A stretch of DNA of 26,387 bases from Candidatus Zixiibacteriota bacterium (GTDB taxonomy: Bacteria; Zixibacteria; MSB-5A5; UBA10806; 4484-95). The stretch is taken from positions 1 through 26,387 of the forward strand of contig JAOZPT010000035.1 in assembly GCA_029932605.1 (NCBI GenBank). The letters are read 5' to 3'. A program made the translations under genes and the position numbers. The notes under the pieces are model-generated. The model had not been told where the DNA came from, did no database searches, and saw nothing but the letters and a program-made list of their open reading frames with translations. Positions 1 through 9,859 of the stretch are shown one piece after another; positions within the stretch are counted from its first letter, which is position 1; every line of letters starts with the position of its first letter.

Positions 1-218
1 ATACCAAAACCGAAAAATTCTCCTAATTGAAAAACGATTTTATAAAAAGGTGTGGTCAGTAAATGGCTCGATCTTAATTCTGGATTAGAGCTTGACGCTA
101 AGCTAATTTCAGCAGCACTATCTCCAGTTATGAATTCTGTAGGCATTGTAAATAAATAAATAATAATTATCACAAATATTATAGTTTTATAGATACTCAA
201 CTTAAATTTATCTTTCAT
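1..218 (-). CDS. 5' part of a membrane protein running off the window edge; possibly a GT-C fold (DUF2723/ArnT-like) glycosyltransferase
   Basis: Not in the ORF track. Hand translation from the ATG at 218 is open to the window edge: MKDKFKLSIYKTIIFVIIIILFTMPTEFITGDSAAEISLASSSNPELRSSHLLTTPFYKIVFQLGEFFGFG. An N-terminal TM helix followed by GDSxxE...HLL..P.Y resembles the first periplasmic loop of GT-C enzymes. Product call tentative. Confidence 0.55.
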   Translation of the reverse strand, partial: MKDKFKLSIYKTIIFVIIIIYLFTMPTEFITGDSAAEISLASSSNPELRSSHLLTTPFYKIVFQLGEFFGFG

Positions 219-367
219 CTTTACATATTCACTAATAATAACAAAAAATAAAAATTTATCGCATTCTTACCTATTTGTGTCATAATCTATTACAATCCCA
301 AATACAAATCACTAACCAAAATTTAATTATCAACCGAAATCATTATTTCTATGTATTTTTATATTAA

Positions 368-1144
368 TCAATAACTTACCAAAAATAAATTATTCCTTAA
401 ATATTTATATCCGTTCTTAATCCTCATCTTAAAAGACAAAAATGACTTACTCATAAGCAAATCTTGCAAGTCATTTATTTTATCATTAGGCGATTTTATC
501 ATAATCCTTTTTAGATATAAAAAATCGCTGTCTATACTATTGATACCATAATAAGAAGTGCACACGAACTTATATCCGGCTTCTCTGGCAATTGTTTTCA
601 ATATCCTAGGATATCCACCCATTGGCACTGCCAGAGCTGTTACAGTAACATTTAATCGAGTTTCAATACCCTTTTTCGATTCCACAAGCTCATACTTGAT
701 ATCGTCTTGTGATAATTTGCTCAATAATACATGAGAATTCGTATGTGACTGTATAAAAAATCCTTCATTGACCAGTTCCTCAAGCTGATTCCAGCTCATA
801 TACCCAGAGGTGCCAATTTTCAAGGGGGCTACAAAAATCTCTGCCTGCAACTTGTATTTGCACAATATCGGAATTGCAAAATCATAAACACTTTGATGAC
901 CGTCATCAAATGTCAATATTACAGGCTTTGGCGGTAGAGCTTCAAGTCCTTGTCTGGCATTCATCATCTGGCGAAAAGAGATGGCTTGATACCCCTGTTC
1001 ATGAAGATACCTTATATGGCTCATAAAATCATCACGCAGGACTATATAATTAAGGTCCTGAATTTCTATGCCTGCCTGAAGGTTTCTATCCTTACCAAAA
1101 TAATGATAAACCAAAACGGGAATCTTTAATTCTTTAATTCTCAC
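368..1144 (-). CDS. Polysaccharide deacetylase, CE4/NodB family (IcaB/PgaB-like)
   Basis: PVLVYH, LTFDDG and SHTNSH metal-binding motifs. The GTG start overlaps the upstream stop (GTGA). Confidence 0.92.
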   Translation of the reverse strand: MRIKELKIPVLVYHYFGKDRNLQAGIEIQDLNYIVLRDDFMSHIRYLHEQGYQAISFRQMMNARQGLEALPPKPVILTFDDGHQSVYDFAIPILCKYKLQAEIFVAPLKIGTSGYMSWNQLEELVNEGFFIQSHTNSHVLLSKLSQDDIKYELVESKKGIETRLNVTVTALAVPMGGYPRILKTIAREAGYKFVCTSYYGINSIDSDFLYLKRIMIKSPNDKINDLQDLLMSKSFLSFKMRIKNGYKYLRNNLFLVSY

Positions 1145-2286
1145 CTTCTTGACTCATGCCAGATTGTTTGTTTTCTTTTTGTAAAAAACTGAAACCACGC
1201 CCATAGAATCGCTAGATTTGATGAAGTGAAAAAATATATCAGTTTAACTGGTCTATTCAGGTTGGGGTTTTCCTTTCTCATATAACCATAAGAAGCAAAC
1301 AAATAAAAGGTTATTTGTAATAGAAGCATATAATTCCAGAAAACACCGCTACCAACAAGAATGACATTGCTAATTAAAGCAGTTATCATAAAAAGAGGTA
1401 TAAGCCAGCGTAGGAATTTATGGCTGATTAGCTGGAGACTAAAAAATCCATATCGAAAGGGATTTAAAAGCTTATATTTATATATCAGAGCGTTTATTCC
1501 ACCCAAAGACATTCTGGCTCGACGAGAAAACTCCCGTCTGGCTGATTGTATCACAGGTATAATCGAGATCGCTTTGTTATCATGGATGCAAAGAGCCCCT
1601 TTTTCAACTACTGACAGAGGGATAACCGTATCGTCAATAAGATAGTCTGGGATGTATTCAAAGAATTTTTTTCTCACACAATAAAAACAACCGCTAGCTG
1701 AAACAATTGAACTAACCTCCGATTCCTTTTTTCGAAGCCACATTTCATATTTTACATAAGCACCTTGGGCAGATTCGGTTACACTACCATCTTGTCCTAT
1801 CCACTTATCCTGGCTGCTGACAAGCCCAATATGTTTGTTTGATAAATTACTTACTAACTGCCTGAGGGATGTTTTTTCCAGCATAGTTGTAACATCAGTA
1901 AATACCAGAACATCGTTCCGTGCCTCCGCTACCGCTTTTTTCTGAGCAGCTGTTTTACCCAGCCGTGGAATTTGCCTGATTAACCTTACTCTATCATTGT
2001 AATAAGTCTCAATAATTTCGTCAGTGCCATCATCTGAACCGTCCGAGACAACAATCACCTCAAGTTTATCTTCCGGATAGTCACTGGCAAGAGTGTTATC
2101 AATCTTTTTTTTGATAATATCCGCACCTCGATGAACTGCAATAATGACCGTTACGTCCGGCGTATAAGATGTCAAGCCATCATTTTTATTTTTAACCGGC
2201 ATTATGTATAACAAAATGGGATAACCTAAATAAGTGTAAATTATCAATAATATGGAAATTATGAATATAAACTCTACCATTTTCAC
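1141..2286 (-). CDS. GT2 glycosyltransferase with TM helices (CESA-like)
   Basis: YTYLGYP N-terminal helix, VSDGSDDGT, GKTAAQ, FTD, IDD, RRARM, SHKFLRWL and C-terminal TMs. The true start may be the ATG at 2280. Confidence 0.9.
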   Translation of the reverse strand: MKMVEFIFIISILLIIYTYLGYPILLYIMPVKNKNDGLTSYTPDVTVIIAVHRGADIIKKKIDNTLASDYPEDKLEVIVVSDGSDDGTDEIIETYYNDRVRLIRQIPRLGKTAAQKKAVAEARNDVLVFTDVTTMLEKTSLRQLVSNLSNKHIGLVSSQDKWIGQDGSVTESAQGAYVKYEMWLRKKESEVSSIVSASGCFYCVRKKFFEYIPDYLIDDTVIPLSVVEKGALCIHDNKAISIIPVIQSARREFSRRARMSLGGINALIYKYKLLNPFRYGFFSLQLISHKFLRWLIPLFMITALISNVILVGSGVFWNYMLLLQITFYLFASYGYMRKENPNLNRPVKLIYFFTSSNLAILWAWFQFFTKRKQTIWHESRR

Positions 2287-3516
2287 TTAGCTTATTTGCT
2301 GTAAACTACTTCCCCTCTTTTTGTCGTAAACCATCTGCCATATTTCCTGATGCATTTTCGAGATTGTTCGCCAATCATATTTCTTTAAAACCATTTCTTG
2401 CCCCTTCTCACCCAGTTTTTCACGAAGTGCTTTATTATCGAATAACTCGAGAACCTTTTCTGTAAATTTTTCCGGTGTATCAGCGAGAACAATATTTTCT
2501 CCATCTGTTACATCAATACCCTCAGCGCCAACGGTTGTGGAAATAACAGGTTTTTTCATAGCCCAGGCTTCAAGAATTTTAAGTCGGCTACCTCCACCTA
2601 TTCTTAATGGGACTATGTAAACCTCGGCATCTTCCATGTAATTTCGAATATCCTCTACCGTTCCAGTAACATGTATCCTTTCATCAGCCCTGGCCATAGC
2701 CTTTATTTTCGCAGGTGGTTTTCGGCCAACAATCCACAGATGTGTCCCGGGTCTTTTTATTAATATTAAAGGCCATATTTTCTTATAAAAATAATAAATG
2801 CCATCCTGGTTAGGACGCCAATCCATCGAACCTGTAAATATTAAAGTCGATGGTTTGCTCACCCTTTCCGAAGGTTTGAAATAATCGGTATCAACACCAT
2901 TAGGAACAACTACTACATTTTGAGCATTATAATCATACCCTATCCTTTGCTTATCCTGCTCGGAAACTGCTATCACTGCATCAAAAATTTGACATACCTT
3001 TTTCTCAAATTCAAAAACTCTCTTGCTTTGACTACCTATATACAATTTCTTTAAAGGGTTATTTTCTTCTTGATGGTAACGCCGCCAAATTGTTGCCTCC
3101 ATGTTATGTTCAGTTAAAACCTTAGCAACTTTTTTTACACCAAATGTTGCCCATGAAAGTGAAACCGAATCACAATGAACAATGTCATAATTTCCTGAAA
3201 CCAGCTCGGCATTGAGTCTATCCTGGTAAGATTTATAATAATATTTATCAACGATAAAAGGGTTTTTAGAGAACAAATTTTGTATGAGGCTTAAATAAAA
3301 AGCCAATCCCTCAGGTTTTTTACGCCAGACATATTTGATATCATAGCAATAATCGCGTATAAACTCAACTTTCGTCAAATCATTTGCTTCATATAAAAAT
3401 GTTAAAAGCGTGATTTTATTAAACTTGCTTAAATGTTTAATAAGGTTAAACGTCCTTATCTTAGCACCAGTATGAACCGGATATGGAATCTCTCCGGTAA
3501 GAAATAACACCTTCAT
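2287..3516 (-). CDS. GT4 glycosyltransferase (PEP-CTERM/XrtA-associated sugar transferase-like)
   Basis: IPYP..TGAKIRTFN, VPNGVD, LIFTGSMDWRPNQDG, PLRIGGGSRLKILEAWAM...GAEG. Confidence 0.9.
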   Translation of the reverse strand: MKVLFLTGEIPYPVHTGAKIRTFNLIKHLSKFNKITLLTFLYEANDLTKVEFIRDYCYDIKYVWRKKPEGLAFYLSLIQNLFSKNPFIVDKYYYKSYQDRLNAELVSGNYDIVHCDSVSLSWATFGVKKVAKVLTEHNMEATIWRRYHQEENNPLKKLYIGSQSKRVFEFEKKVCQIFDAVIAVSEQDKQRIGYDYNAQNVVVVPNGVDTDYFKPSERVSKPSTLIFTGSMDWRPNQDGIYYFYKKIWPLILIKRPGTHLWIVGRKPPAKIKAMARADERIHVTGTVEDIRNYMEDAEVYIVPLRIGGGSRLKILEAWAMKKPVISTTVGAEGIDVTDGENIVLADTPEKFTEKVLELFDNKALREKLGEKGQEMVLKKYDWRTISKMHQEIWQMVYDKKRGSSLQQIS

Positions 3517-3525
3517 AATATCACA

Positions 3526-4644
3526 TCACTGCGAAAGCATCTTTTTAAACAACTCCAAAAAACTGCTTGAATACTTTTTCATATTATAATTTTCTAAAAT
3601 CCTTGAATATGCCTCTAATCCCATAGCATCACGTTTAGCTTTATTATCAATTAAATCTCCTATTGCATCTGCTAACCGATCTGAATCGGCTGGTTTGACA
3701 AGAATACCACTCTTTCTACTAATCACAACATCCGGACACCCACCCACCGAACTGGCGATAACCGGTAAGGCATATGACATAGCTTCCAAAAGGGCTATGG
3801 GTAATCCCTCTGTAAGTGACGGTAATACGAATATATCTAATCCCCTGTAAATTGTCTCTATATCTGAACGCCATCCGCAGAAATGAATAAGCTTTCTTAC
3901 ACCCAACCGCTCGGCAAGAGATTTTAAATTGGCCATCTCCGAACCATCGCCAATTATTACATATCTTGCCGAGGGAAATTTATTTTTCAATTTTGCAGAT
4001 GATTCAATTAAATATTTATGTCCCTTTTCAACTCCCAGACGGCCCACGCTACCAATAAGAACATCATCGGACAATAACCCGAGTTCCTCCTTAAGCTGGT
4101 TGGTCTTAACAATTTTCTCCTTAGGGGGTATTTCCACACAATTTTCAATTTTCTCAGTTTTTTCCTTTGGTAAACCAAGCTTTAAAAGTTCTTCATACTT
4201 GGGCCCGGAAACGGCAACAACCTTATCCATAAAAGGGAAAAACCTTTTTTCAACAAACTCATATATCCTGATTTTCAAACTTTGCGATGTCCATCCATGG
4301 GCGACCGCCACCAGTTTAACGCTGGTATTTCTACGGGCAAAATAACTTATCACTACAGCCCTGTAATCATGTGCTATCAAAAGCCTTATATCGTGTTTTT
4401 TGATTATTTCCTTTAATGATCTTATCGATGACAAGTCAAAAGGACTATTTATATAAACGGGTTCAGTCTTAATGTTCTGGTTATTCGCATATCTTAAAAA
4501 TTCGTTTTCGATGTTCTTAAGGATAAAAGAGGAAAGAATAAACCTAAACTCACTATCTGCCATATACTTCAGACTGTTGATAATAAGTTTCTCAGGACCA
4601 CCAAATCTAAAACCACTTCTCAAATGAAGAATGTTAATTACCAT
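3526..4644 (-). CDS. GT4 glycosyltransferase
   Basis: GGPEK, VGRL..EKGH, PSLTEGLPIALLEAM (EX7E). Confidence 0.92.
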   Translation of the reverse strand: MVINILHLRSGFRFGGPEKLIINSLKYMADSEFRFILSSFILKNIENEFLRYANNQNIKTEPVYINSPFDLSSIRSLKEIIKKHDIRLLIAHDYRAVVISYFARRNTSVKLVAVAHGWTSQSLKIRIYEFVEKRFFPFMDKVVAVSGPKYEELLKLGLPKEKTEKIENCVEIPPKEKIVKTNQLKEELGLLSDDVLIGSVGRLGVEKGHKYLIESSAKLKNKFPSARYVIIGDGSEMANLKSLAERLGVRKLIHFCGWRSDIETIYRGLDIFVLPSLTEGLPIALLEAMSYALPVIASSVGGCPDVVISRKSGILVKPADSDRLADAIGDLIDNKAKRDAMGLEAYSRILENYNMKKYSSSFLELFKKMLSQ

Positions 4645-4654
4645 AAAACACTTC

Positions 4655-5782
4655 TTATCCCATTATCAGCTTCCGGTATAAATTCTCATGCTTTTCGATA
4701 AAATTATTCATCGAGAAGTTGCTATAAGCTCGTTTTTTCCCATTCTCCCCATATTGCTCTCTAAGCCGTTTATCACACAATAACTTTATAATCGATCTGG
4801 CAAGTTCCTCAGAATCAGCTTTGGGTGTAATGAGCCCGCATTTTCCATTTTCCACTATTTCCGCCGGTCCACCACAATCTGTTACAACCACCGGTAAACC
4901 ATAGGCCATGGCCTCAACCGTGGTTAATGAAAAACCCTCGTGAAGCGATGATGAAACATATATATCAGCGATCTCGAAAAGCGTTGTGATTTCTTTGTAA
5001 AATCCCAGGAAGGTGATATTAGAATGTAAATTCATTTTTTCTATCTCTTCAACAAGGCCAAGCTCCTCTTTGGCAGCATCATCGCCAGCTATAAAAAGAT
5101 GAATGTTGGGAAATACCACCTTAACCTTAAAAACTGCCTTTATTAGATATGCATAACCCTTTACTTCTCTAATATGACCAATAGCAACTATAATCGGGTC
5201 ACAGGGTGAACAATTGTATCGACTATAGAATTCCTTTATAATTTGTGGATCCGGATTTTTTTCTACTCTCGACACATCAAAGCCATTGTAAATAGTTATC
5301 ACTTTGGCTGGATTCACCCCGTAGGTGTCAATATAGTCCAGTCTTAATTTTTCTGATACGGTTACTATCCTCGTGCTAAATTTAGCTGCCCACCTTGAAT
5401 ATAACCTTGCTCTGAATGAAACCTCGTCTTGCATTATACCATGTATCGACCCCACATTCGGTACCCTACACCAGCGAGAGGCAAACCAGTTATAAGTGTT
5501 CATCCTGACAAGATGGCTATGAGTTATGTCGATATTGTTACTTTTTATTATACCAATTAAAGACATCAGAATTTTCAAACTAATATGTCGACTTCCAGGC
5601 AAATAATATATCTTGGCGTTAGTTCGGTCAAAATACGTGGCAAGGCCCCTCTCACCGACAATTGCCACCGTCAAATCGAATTCATCAGGATTGAGATTGT
5701 TAACAAGGTCATAGACGACTCTTTCAGCACCACCCATTCCACCAAAATCCTCAACCAACTGTAATACTTTAATTTTGCCCAT
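4655..5782 (-). CDS. GT4 glycosyltransferase
   Basis: GGAERV, IGHI..VKG, SSLHEGFSLTTVEAM (EX7E). Start moved from 5827 to the ATG at 5782 (MGKIKVLQL, preceded by AAAGGCGAG), which leaves a 14-nt overlap with the upstream gene. Confidence 0.9.
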   Translation of the reverse strand: MGKIKVLQLVEDFGGMGGAERVVYDLVNNLNPDEFDLTVAIVGERGLATYFDRTNAKIYYLPGSRHISLKILMSLIGIIKSNNIDITHSHLVRMNTYNWFASRWCRVPNVGSIHGIMQDEVSFRARLYSRWAAKFSTRIVTVSEKLRLDYIDTYGVNPAKVITIYNGFDVSRVEKNPDPQIIKEFYSRYNCSPCDPIIVAIGHIREVKGYAYLIKAVFKVKVVFPNIHLFIAGDDAAKEELGLVEEIEKMNLHSNITFLGFYKEITTLFEIADIYVSSSLHEGFSLTTVEAMAYGLPVVVTDCGGPAEIVENGKCGLITPKADSEELARSIIKLLCDKRLREQYGENGKKRAYSNFSMNNFIEKHENLYRKLIMG

Positions 5783-7001
5783 CTCGCCTTTTAAAACCTG
5801 AAATCGTTTCAAGTATAATAGAGACAATAGATTTTATATCATCATCATTAACATAATCATGGGTAGGTAAAGTCAGTAATCTTTCAGCTACCTTGTTAGC
5901 CCTCAAGCAAGGAAAGTTTTTCTCACTAAATAAATCAGGTTCATTTATAGTCTCTATCGTCCCGGAATACATCATGCTTATTCCCATTTTTGATAACCTT
6001 TTATATATTTCAAGGCGAAGTTCGGAGCTGCCAACAAGAACGGGAAACCTGAGGAATAACGAGTCCTGGGATTTATAACCTTGTATTGTTTTAATCTCGC
6101 TGATTTGGCTGAGCCTCTTGCTGAAGTTGTTGGCTTTGATGGTTCTTTCCCTATTAACTTCATCCAGACGCTTTAACATCATCTTGGCTAAAATCACAGC
6201 TGCCTTTGGCATCAACCCGATTTTAAACCGAGGATTATAGACCGTTTCACCTAACTTAATAAACCAAACAAAATCCAATACCCAGTATAAATAGGGATTA
6301 ATGAATATCTTCATAAACAAAGCAACCATTATAATATATAAATTCTCTAAAAATGATGGCCTTTTTAAAATTTCAATTTCTCTGTCGATATTTTCAGCGA
6401 TGGTTTCATTGTTAGTAACGATAATACCACCCTTAATTGATGTGACAGGTTTACCTTTACCCAAACTGAAAAAACCAACATCACCAATACAACCTGCATA
6501 CTGATTGTTGATCTTAAGCCCCATAGCCTGGGCGGCATCCTCGATAAAGTAAATATTTCGGGTTTCTGCCAGACGTTTAATTCTTGTGACATTAACAGAT
6601 AAACCGAATGGATAAACCAATATAACCGCTAATGTTTCAGGATTGATCGCTTTTTCCAGCAACTTGAAATTATACTCAAAACTATCATTGCTGAAATCAA
6701 TTAATCTGATTTTCAAACCAGCCCTCTTTATTGATGCGGGAACCGAAAAACAGGTGTATCCAGGCATTATCAACTCTCTTCGTTTATCCTTCTTCATCAA
6801 ACTTAGTAATATCAAGGCCAGAGCAGACCTCCCGGAATTGACAAAAAAGCAATACTTCACATTAAAATACTTTTTAACATCATTTGTTAATTTCTGCTTA
6901 TGGTTTTGCAAGAATATATATCCAAAAATGGTATAGATTATTTCTTGCCATCTAATCCTGACACCAGCAGGAGGTAGTTTGCGTAGTAGATTAATTTGCA
7001 T
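5769..7001 (-). CDS. DegT/DnrJ/EryC1/StrS family PLP-dependent sugar aminotransferase
   Basis: NSGRSAL, IEDAAQAMG, FFSLGKGKP (PLP lysine), GG, LLTLPTH. Confidence 0.88.
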   Translation of the reverse strand: MQINLLRKLPPAGVRIRWQEIIYTIFGYIFLQNHKQKLTNDVKKYFNVKYCFFVNSGRSALALILLSLMKKDKRRELIMPGYTCFSVPASIKRAGLKIRLIDFSNDSFEYNFKLLEKAINPETLAVILVYPFGLSVNVTRIKRLAETRNIYFIEDAAQAMGLKINNQYAGCIGDVGFFSLGKGKPVTSIKGGIIVTNNETIAENIDREIEILKRPSFLENLYIIMVALFMKIFINPYLYWVLDFVWFIKLGETVYNPRFKIGLMPKAAVILAKMMLKRLDEVNRERTIKANNFSKRLSQISEIKTIQGYKSQDSLFLRFPVLVGSSELRLEIYKRLSKMGISMMYSGTIETINEPDLFSEKNFPCLRANKVAERLLTLPTHDYVNDDDIKSIVSIILETISGFKRRDGQN

Positions 7002-7019
7002 AAATTATTATTTCTCCCA

Positions 7020-8078
7020 TCATGGCAGTTTTTTAGATATCACAGGACCTACCAATCGGGTAACGCCAAGTGGTAATTTTTTCCAGATGCTAATAGCTAC
7101 CCTGAATTTTTTATTCTGCGGATTCAAACCGGGGATTTTTCCTGAAGGAAGATAAGGATATTCCCAGTACAATTGATGTTGCTCACAACCAAAATATCTT
7201 TTGAAATCAGCCGGACCTGATGATATGTTTGACCGGCCAAAATCACAATAACGATACTTTTTCTTTATTGCCTGCTTAACAACCTCCCATGAAAGCAGGT
7301 AATTAGCCTGGAGATAACGGTATTTTTGGGGATAACCACCCCAGATTTGATAAACCGTATCCTTGAAAGAAATTGTCAATTTGCTTCCAATAATATGTTT
7401 ATCTTTGTAAGCTACATAAAATCCGGTCATTTCGCCAAAATATTTCAAAACCGTTCGGAAAAATTTTTGTCCAAGCACCGGAGTGCCATGCTCCTTCATG
7501 GCTACAGAAAACGCCTCGTAAAAATCGTCTGAAAGACAAGCCCCATTCTCTACTCTTAAACCATATTTTTCTGCTTTACGGATTCTGTTTCGGGTTTGCT
7601 TCCGAAAAACTTTTAACATATCCTTTTCATTGTCACATAAAGCAAGGATAAAAGTGGCTTTCTCAAGTTTTGTTTTATAGACAGTAGTAGATGGCTTTTG
7701 TAAATTTCTGATCTCCAAGTAATCTACATTATTTGCCTTTGCCAGTTCCACTGCTTTAACATATAAAAGCTTAACCGCCTCTTTATGATTTGTACATACT
7801 CCACCATAGTTCAAAAAAGGCATAGATGTCAAACAGGAACCAAACAGCTTGCTCTTTACCAATATTAATGGCAATATCCCTACAAGTTTATTGTACAGAT
7901 AAGCGCCCAAATATAGTTTTTTATGCCCAAAGGCCTCCTCCATTACATTCCCCCAGGCAAACAGATGATACAAAGTGGAATCCTTGTGAGCTGTTACATA
8001 GTTGTCCCATATCTCGGGTGTATCATCGAACAACCTGATATCGATCGAAGATTCTGGTATTGCTTTAGCCTCTATCAT
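7020..8078 (-). CDS. FemAB-like (GNAT fold) protein, XrtA/PEP-CTERM system-associated type
   Basis: SMPFLNYGG, RNRIRKA, GTPV, DFGRS, FKRYFG and the characteristic C-terminus LNPQNKKF...WKKLPL...GP. Confidence 0.88.
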   Translation of the reverse strand: MIEAKAIPESSIDIRLFDDTPEIWDNYVTAHKDSTLYHLFAWGNVMEEAFGHKKLYLGAYLYNKLVGILPLILVKSKLFGSCLTSMPFLNYGGVCTNHKEAVKLLYVKAVELAKANNVDYLEIRNLQKPSTTVYKTKLEKATFILALCDNEKDMLKVFRKQTRNRIRKAEKYGLRVENGACLSDDFYEAFSVAMKEHGTPVLGQKFFRTVLKYFGEMTGFYVAYKDKHIIGSKLTISFKDTVYQIWGGYPQKYRYLQANYLLSWEVVKQAIKKKYRYCDFGRSNISSGPADFKRYFGCEQHQLYWEYPYLPSGKIPGLNPQNKKFRVAISIWKKLPLGVTRLVGPVISKKLP

Positions 8079-8080
8079 AT

Positions 8081-9577
8081 TTAAGATTTATGCTCACCGG
8101 TCCCTACCATATAACCGGCATTTCTTGAGCCTTTAACCTCATTTTCAACGAATATACTAACAGCTCTGCTTATGAGCGCTAGGGTAATCAAATAAGGATA
8201 ATATGCACTAGTAATAAAAAATCCAGCAATCATATACCCGACCATACTAATATCAACAGCCTGTGTACACTGAAATAAAAATTCATTGTAAATACCATAT
8301 CTATTTAATTTATACCTAATTTTTCTATTTTCTCTAAATATAAAAACCATTATAGAAAAATATGCTATCAATCCCAATAAGCCCATCTCCGAGCTAACCT
8401 GGATAAAATTGTTATGAGGTTTCCACCATAAATTAGATGAACCAACTTCACGATAAATACTACCATAGGCAGTGGAAAAATTGCCGACACCAACACCAAG
8501 CAAGGGATGGTCTCTGACCATCTTAAGACCGGCTTTCCACAAAGCTATTCTTATATTGGCGGATTCGTCAACCTCGTAATCTGAGATGCTCTCGATTCGA
8601 GCAACATATTTTTGAGGCAATATCGGTAAAGCAATCAAACCAATTAGTAATCCAATAGTTGCTACGCGAAGCTTGTGTTTACTTTTAATAAACATAGCTA
8701 AAACCATAAATAATGCACCCACAGCCGCTCCCCTAGAACCAGTTAAGATTAACGATATACAAAAAATACCCATGATAACCATAATAGCTCGCTTGAATAC
8801 TTTTGAATTGAAAACCATGTAAAAATAATATGCGAAAGGGAAATATATCAGTATGGCAAGTCCTAGCTCCGATGCGTTTCCTAAAAAAGATAATGAATAA
8901 CCCCCGACACCGTATACATTTTCCGAAACAGGACCAATACTTCTACCCGTAGAAAGGTTTATCGGGCCGATATGTATACCATAGCCACCAATTCCGGTTG
9001 TTCTGGTTAAACCTATCGTTAAGTATGTATATATCTGTATAATACATACAAACACCATACAGAATATAACAATCAGAATAAACCATTTTAATTGTTTCTC
9101 TGTTTTAATGATGTAAGAGGCGAGTAGATAAAAAACAAAGAGTTTGAAATACTCAAAAAAGTAATTAAGAGATTCGCTTATCCATATAGATTTAAAAACC
9201 GAAATGAACATAACCATTAAAAAAGCTAAAATTATTATATCTAATCCCTTTATCTCCAATCCTTTTCTGCCAAAAACAAAATGATTAAGAAATAGAAGAA
9301 TCAATAGAAAAAATAATATAAGCGTTTGCAACTTTATCTGAGCCAATACGGGGAAAAGGTCAACCGGCCTAAGATATACCAGCGCAACATATACTAAAAA
9401 TCCCCAGAATGGTTTTTTAATGATTATAAGTAAAGAAACTATCCCAATGATCAGTGCTAGGGGGAATATGAAACCAAAATAAACCATTAGAAATGCTAAA
9501 ATAACGGCCGCGATTGCAATCAGTAATTCTAAGATAAGTTTATTATTTATAATCCGTCTAATTTTTACCTGTTCCAT
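8081..9577 (-). CDS. O-antigen ligase/Wzy_C family membrane protein (polymerase or O-oligosaccharyl ligase)
   Basis: Many TM helices; TGSRGA, R..LW...HPLLGVGVGNF, PHNNFIQV.SEMGLLG. Confidence 0.88.
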   Translation of the reverse strand: MEQVKIRRIINNKLILELLIAIAAVILAFLMVYFGFIFPLALIIGIVSLLIIIKKPFWGFLVYVALVYLRPVDLFPVLAQIKLQTLILFFLLILLFLNHFVFGRKGLEIKGLDIIILAFLMVMFISVFKSIWISESLNYFFEYFKLFVFYLLASYIIKTEKQLKWFILIVIFCMVFVCIIQIYTYLTIGLTRTTGIGGYGIHIGPINLSTGRSIGPVSENVYGVGGYSLSFLGNASELGLAILIYFPFAYYFYMVFNSKVFKRAIMVIMGIFCISLILTGSRGAAVGALFMVLAMFIKSKHKLRVATIGLLIGLIALPILPQKYVARIESISDYEVDESANIRIALWKAGLKMVRDHPLLGVGVGNFSTAYGSIYREVGSSNLWWKPHNNFIQVSSEMGLLGLIAYFSIMVFIFRENRKIRYKLNRYGIYNEFLFQCTQAVDISMVGYMIAGFFITSAYYPYLITLALISRAVSIFVENEVKGSRNAGYMVGTGEHKS

Positions 9578-9725
9578 GACACCGTATTCCAGGCTGTATC
9601 TTAATACTCATCATTTCCAATACAAAAACTCTTCACAATTTACCGATATCCAGTCCAACTTTTATAAAATCTACCTTAAAATGTTTCTCCATACTGGCAT
9701 ACCACTGATTTTATCCTCCCACTTA

Positions 9726-9754
9726 ATTATCTTGGACATACTTCAACTTGTCAA
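9726..9754 (-). promoter_or_regulatory. Internal sigma70-type promoter for the ligase-to-deacetylase gene block
   Basis: TTGACA (9754-9749), 17 nt, GATAAT (9731-9726), within a 282-nt intergenic gap. Confidence 0.65.
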
Positions 9755-9756
9755 GA

Positions 9757-9782
9757 ATTTTACAAAACTCGGCTTGTAAAAT
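9757..9782. promoter_or_regulatory. Inverted repeat next to the -35 box; candidate transcription-factor site
   Basis: ATTTTACAA-N8-TTGTAAAAT with perfect 9-bp arms. Confidence 0.45.
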
Positions 9783-9859
9783 AACTAAAGCGAATAATTA
9801 ATCGAATACAATCTTATAGTTCGAAACGCCTCTCACATAAATTTATCTAAATATAAAAT

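Noticed and set aside
930..937. GGCGGTAG, the core of an ops/JUMPStart (RfaH) element
   Set aside because: It is on the plus strand, antisense to and inside the deacetylase CDS (encoding LPP) at the distal end of the operon: wrong strand and place.
5783..5827. Longer N-terminus for the GT4 at 4655-5827
   Set aside because: It would overlap the aminotransferase by 59 nt; the ATG at 5782 has an SD and gives the typical KIKVLQL start.
9576..9779. 67-aa plus-strand ORF, or a hidden acyl carrier protein, in the gap
   Set aside because: No DSL-type phosphopantetheine motif in the frames read, no RBS, and the region is better explained as a minus-strand promoter and leader.
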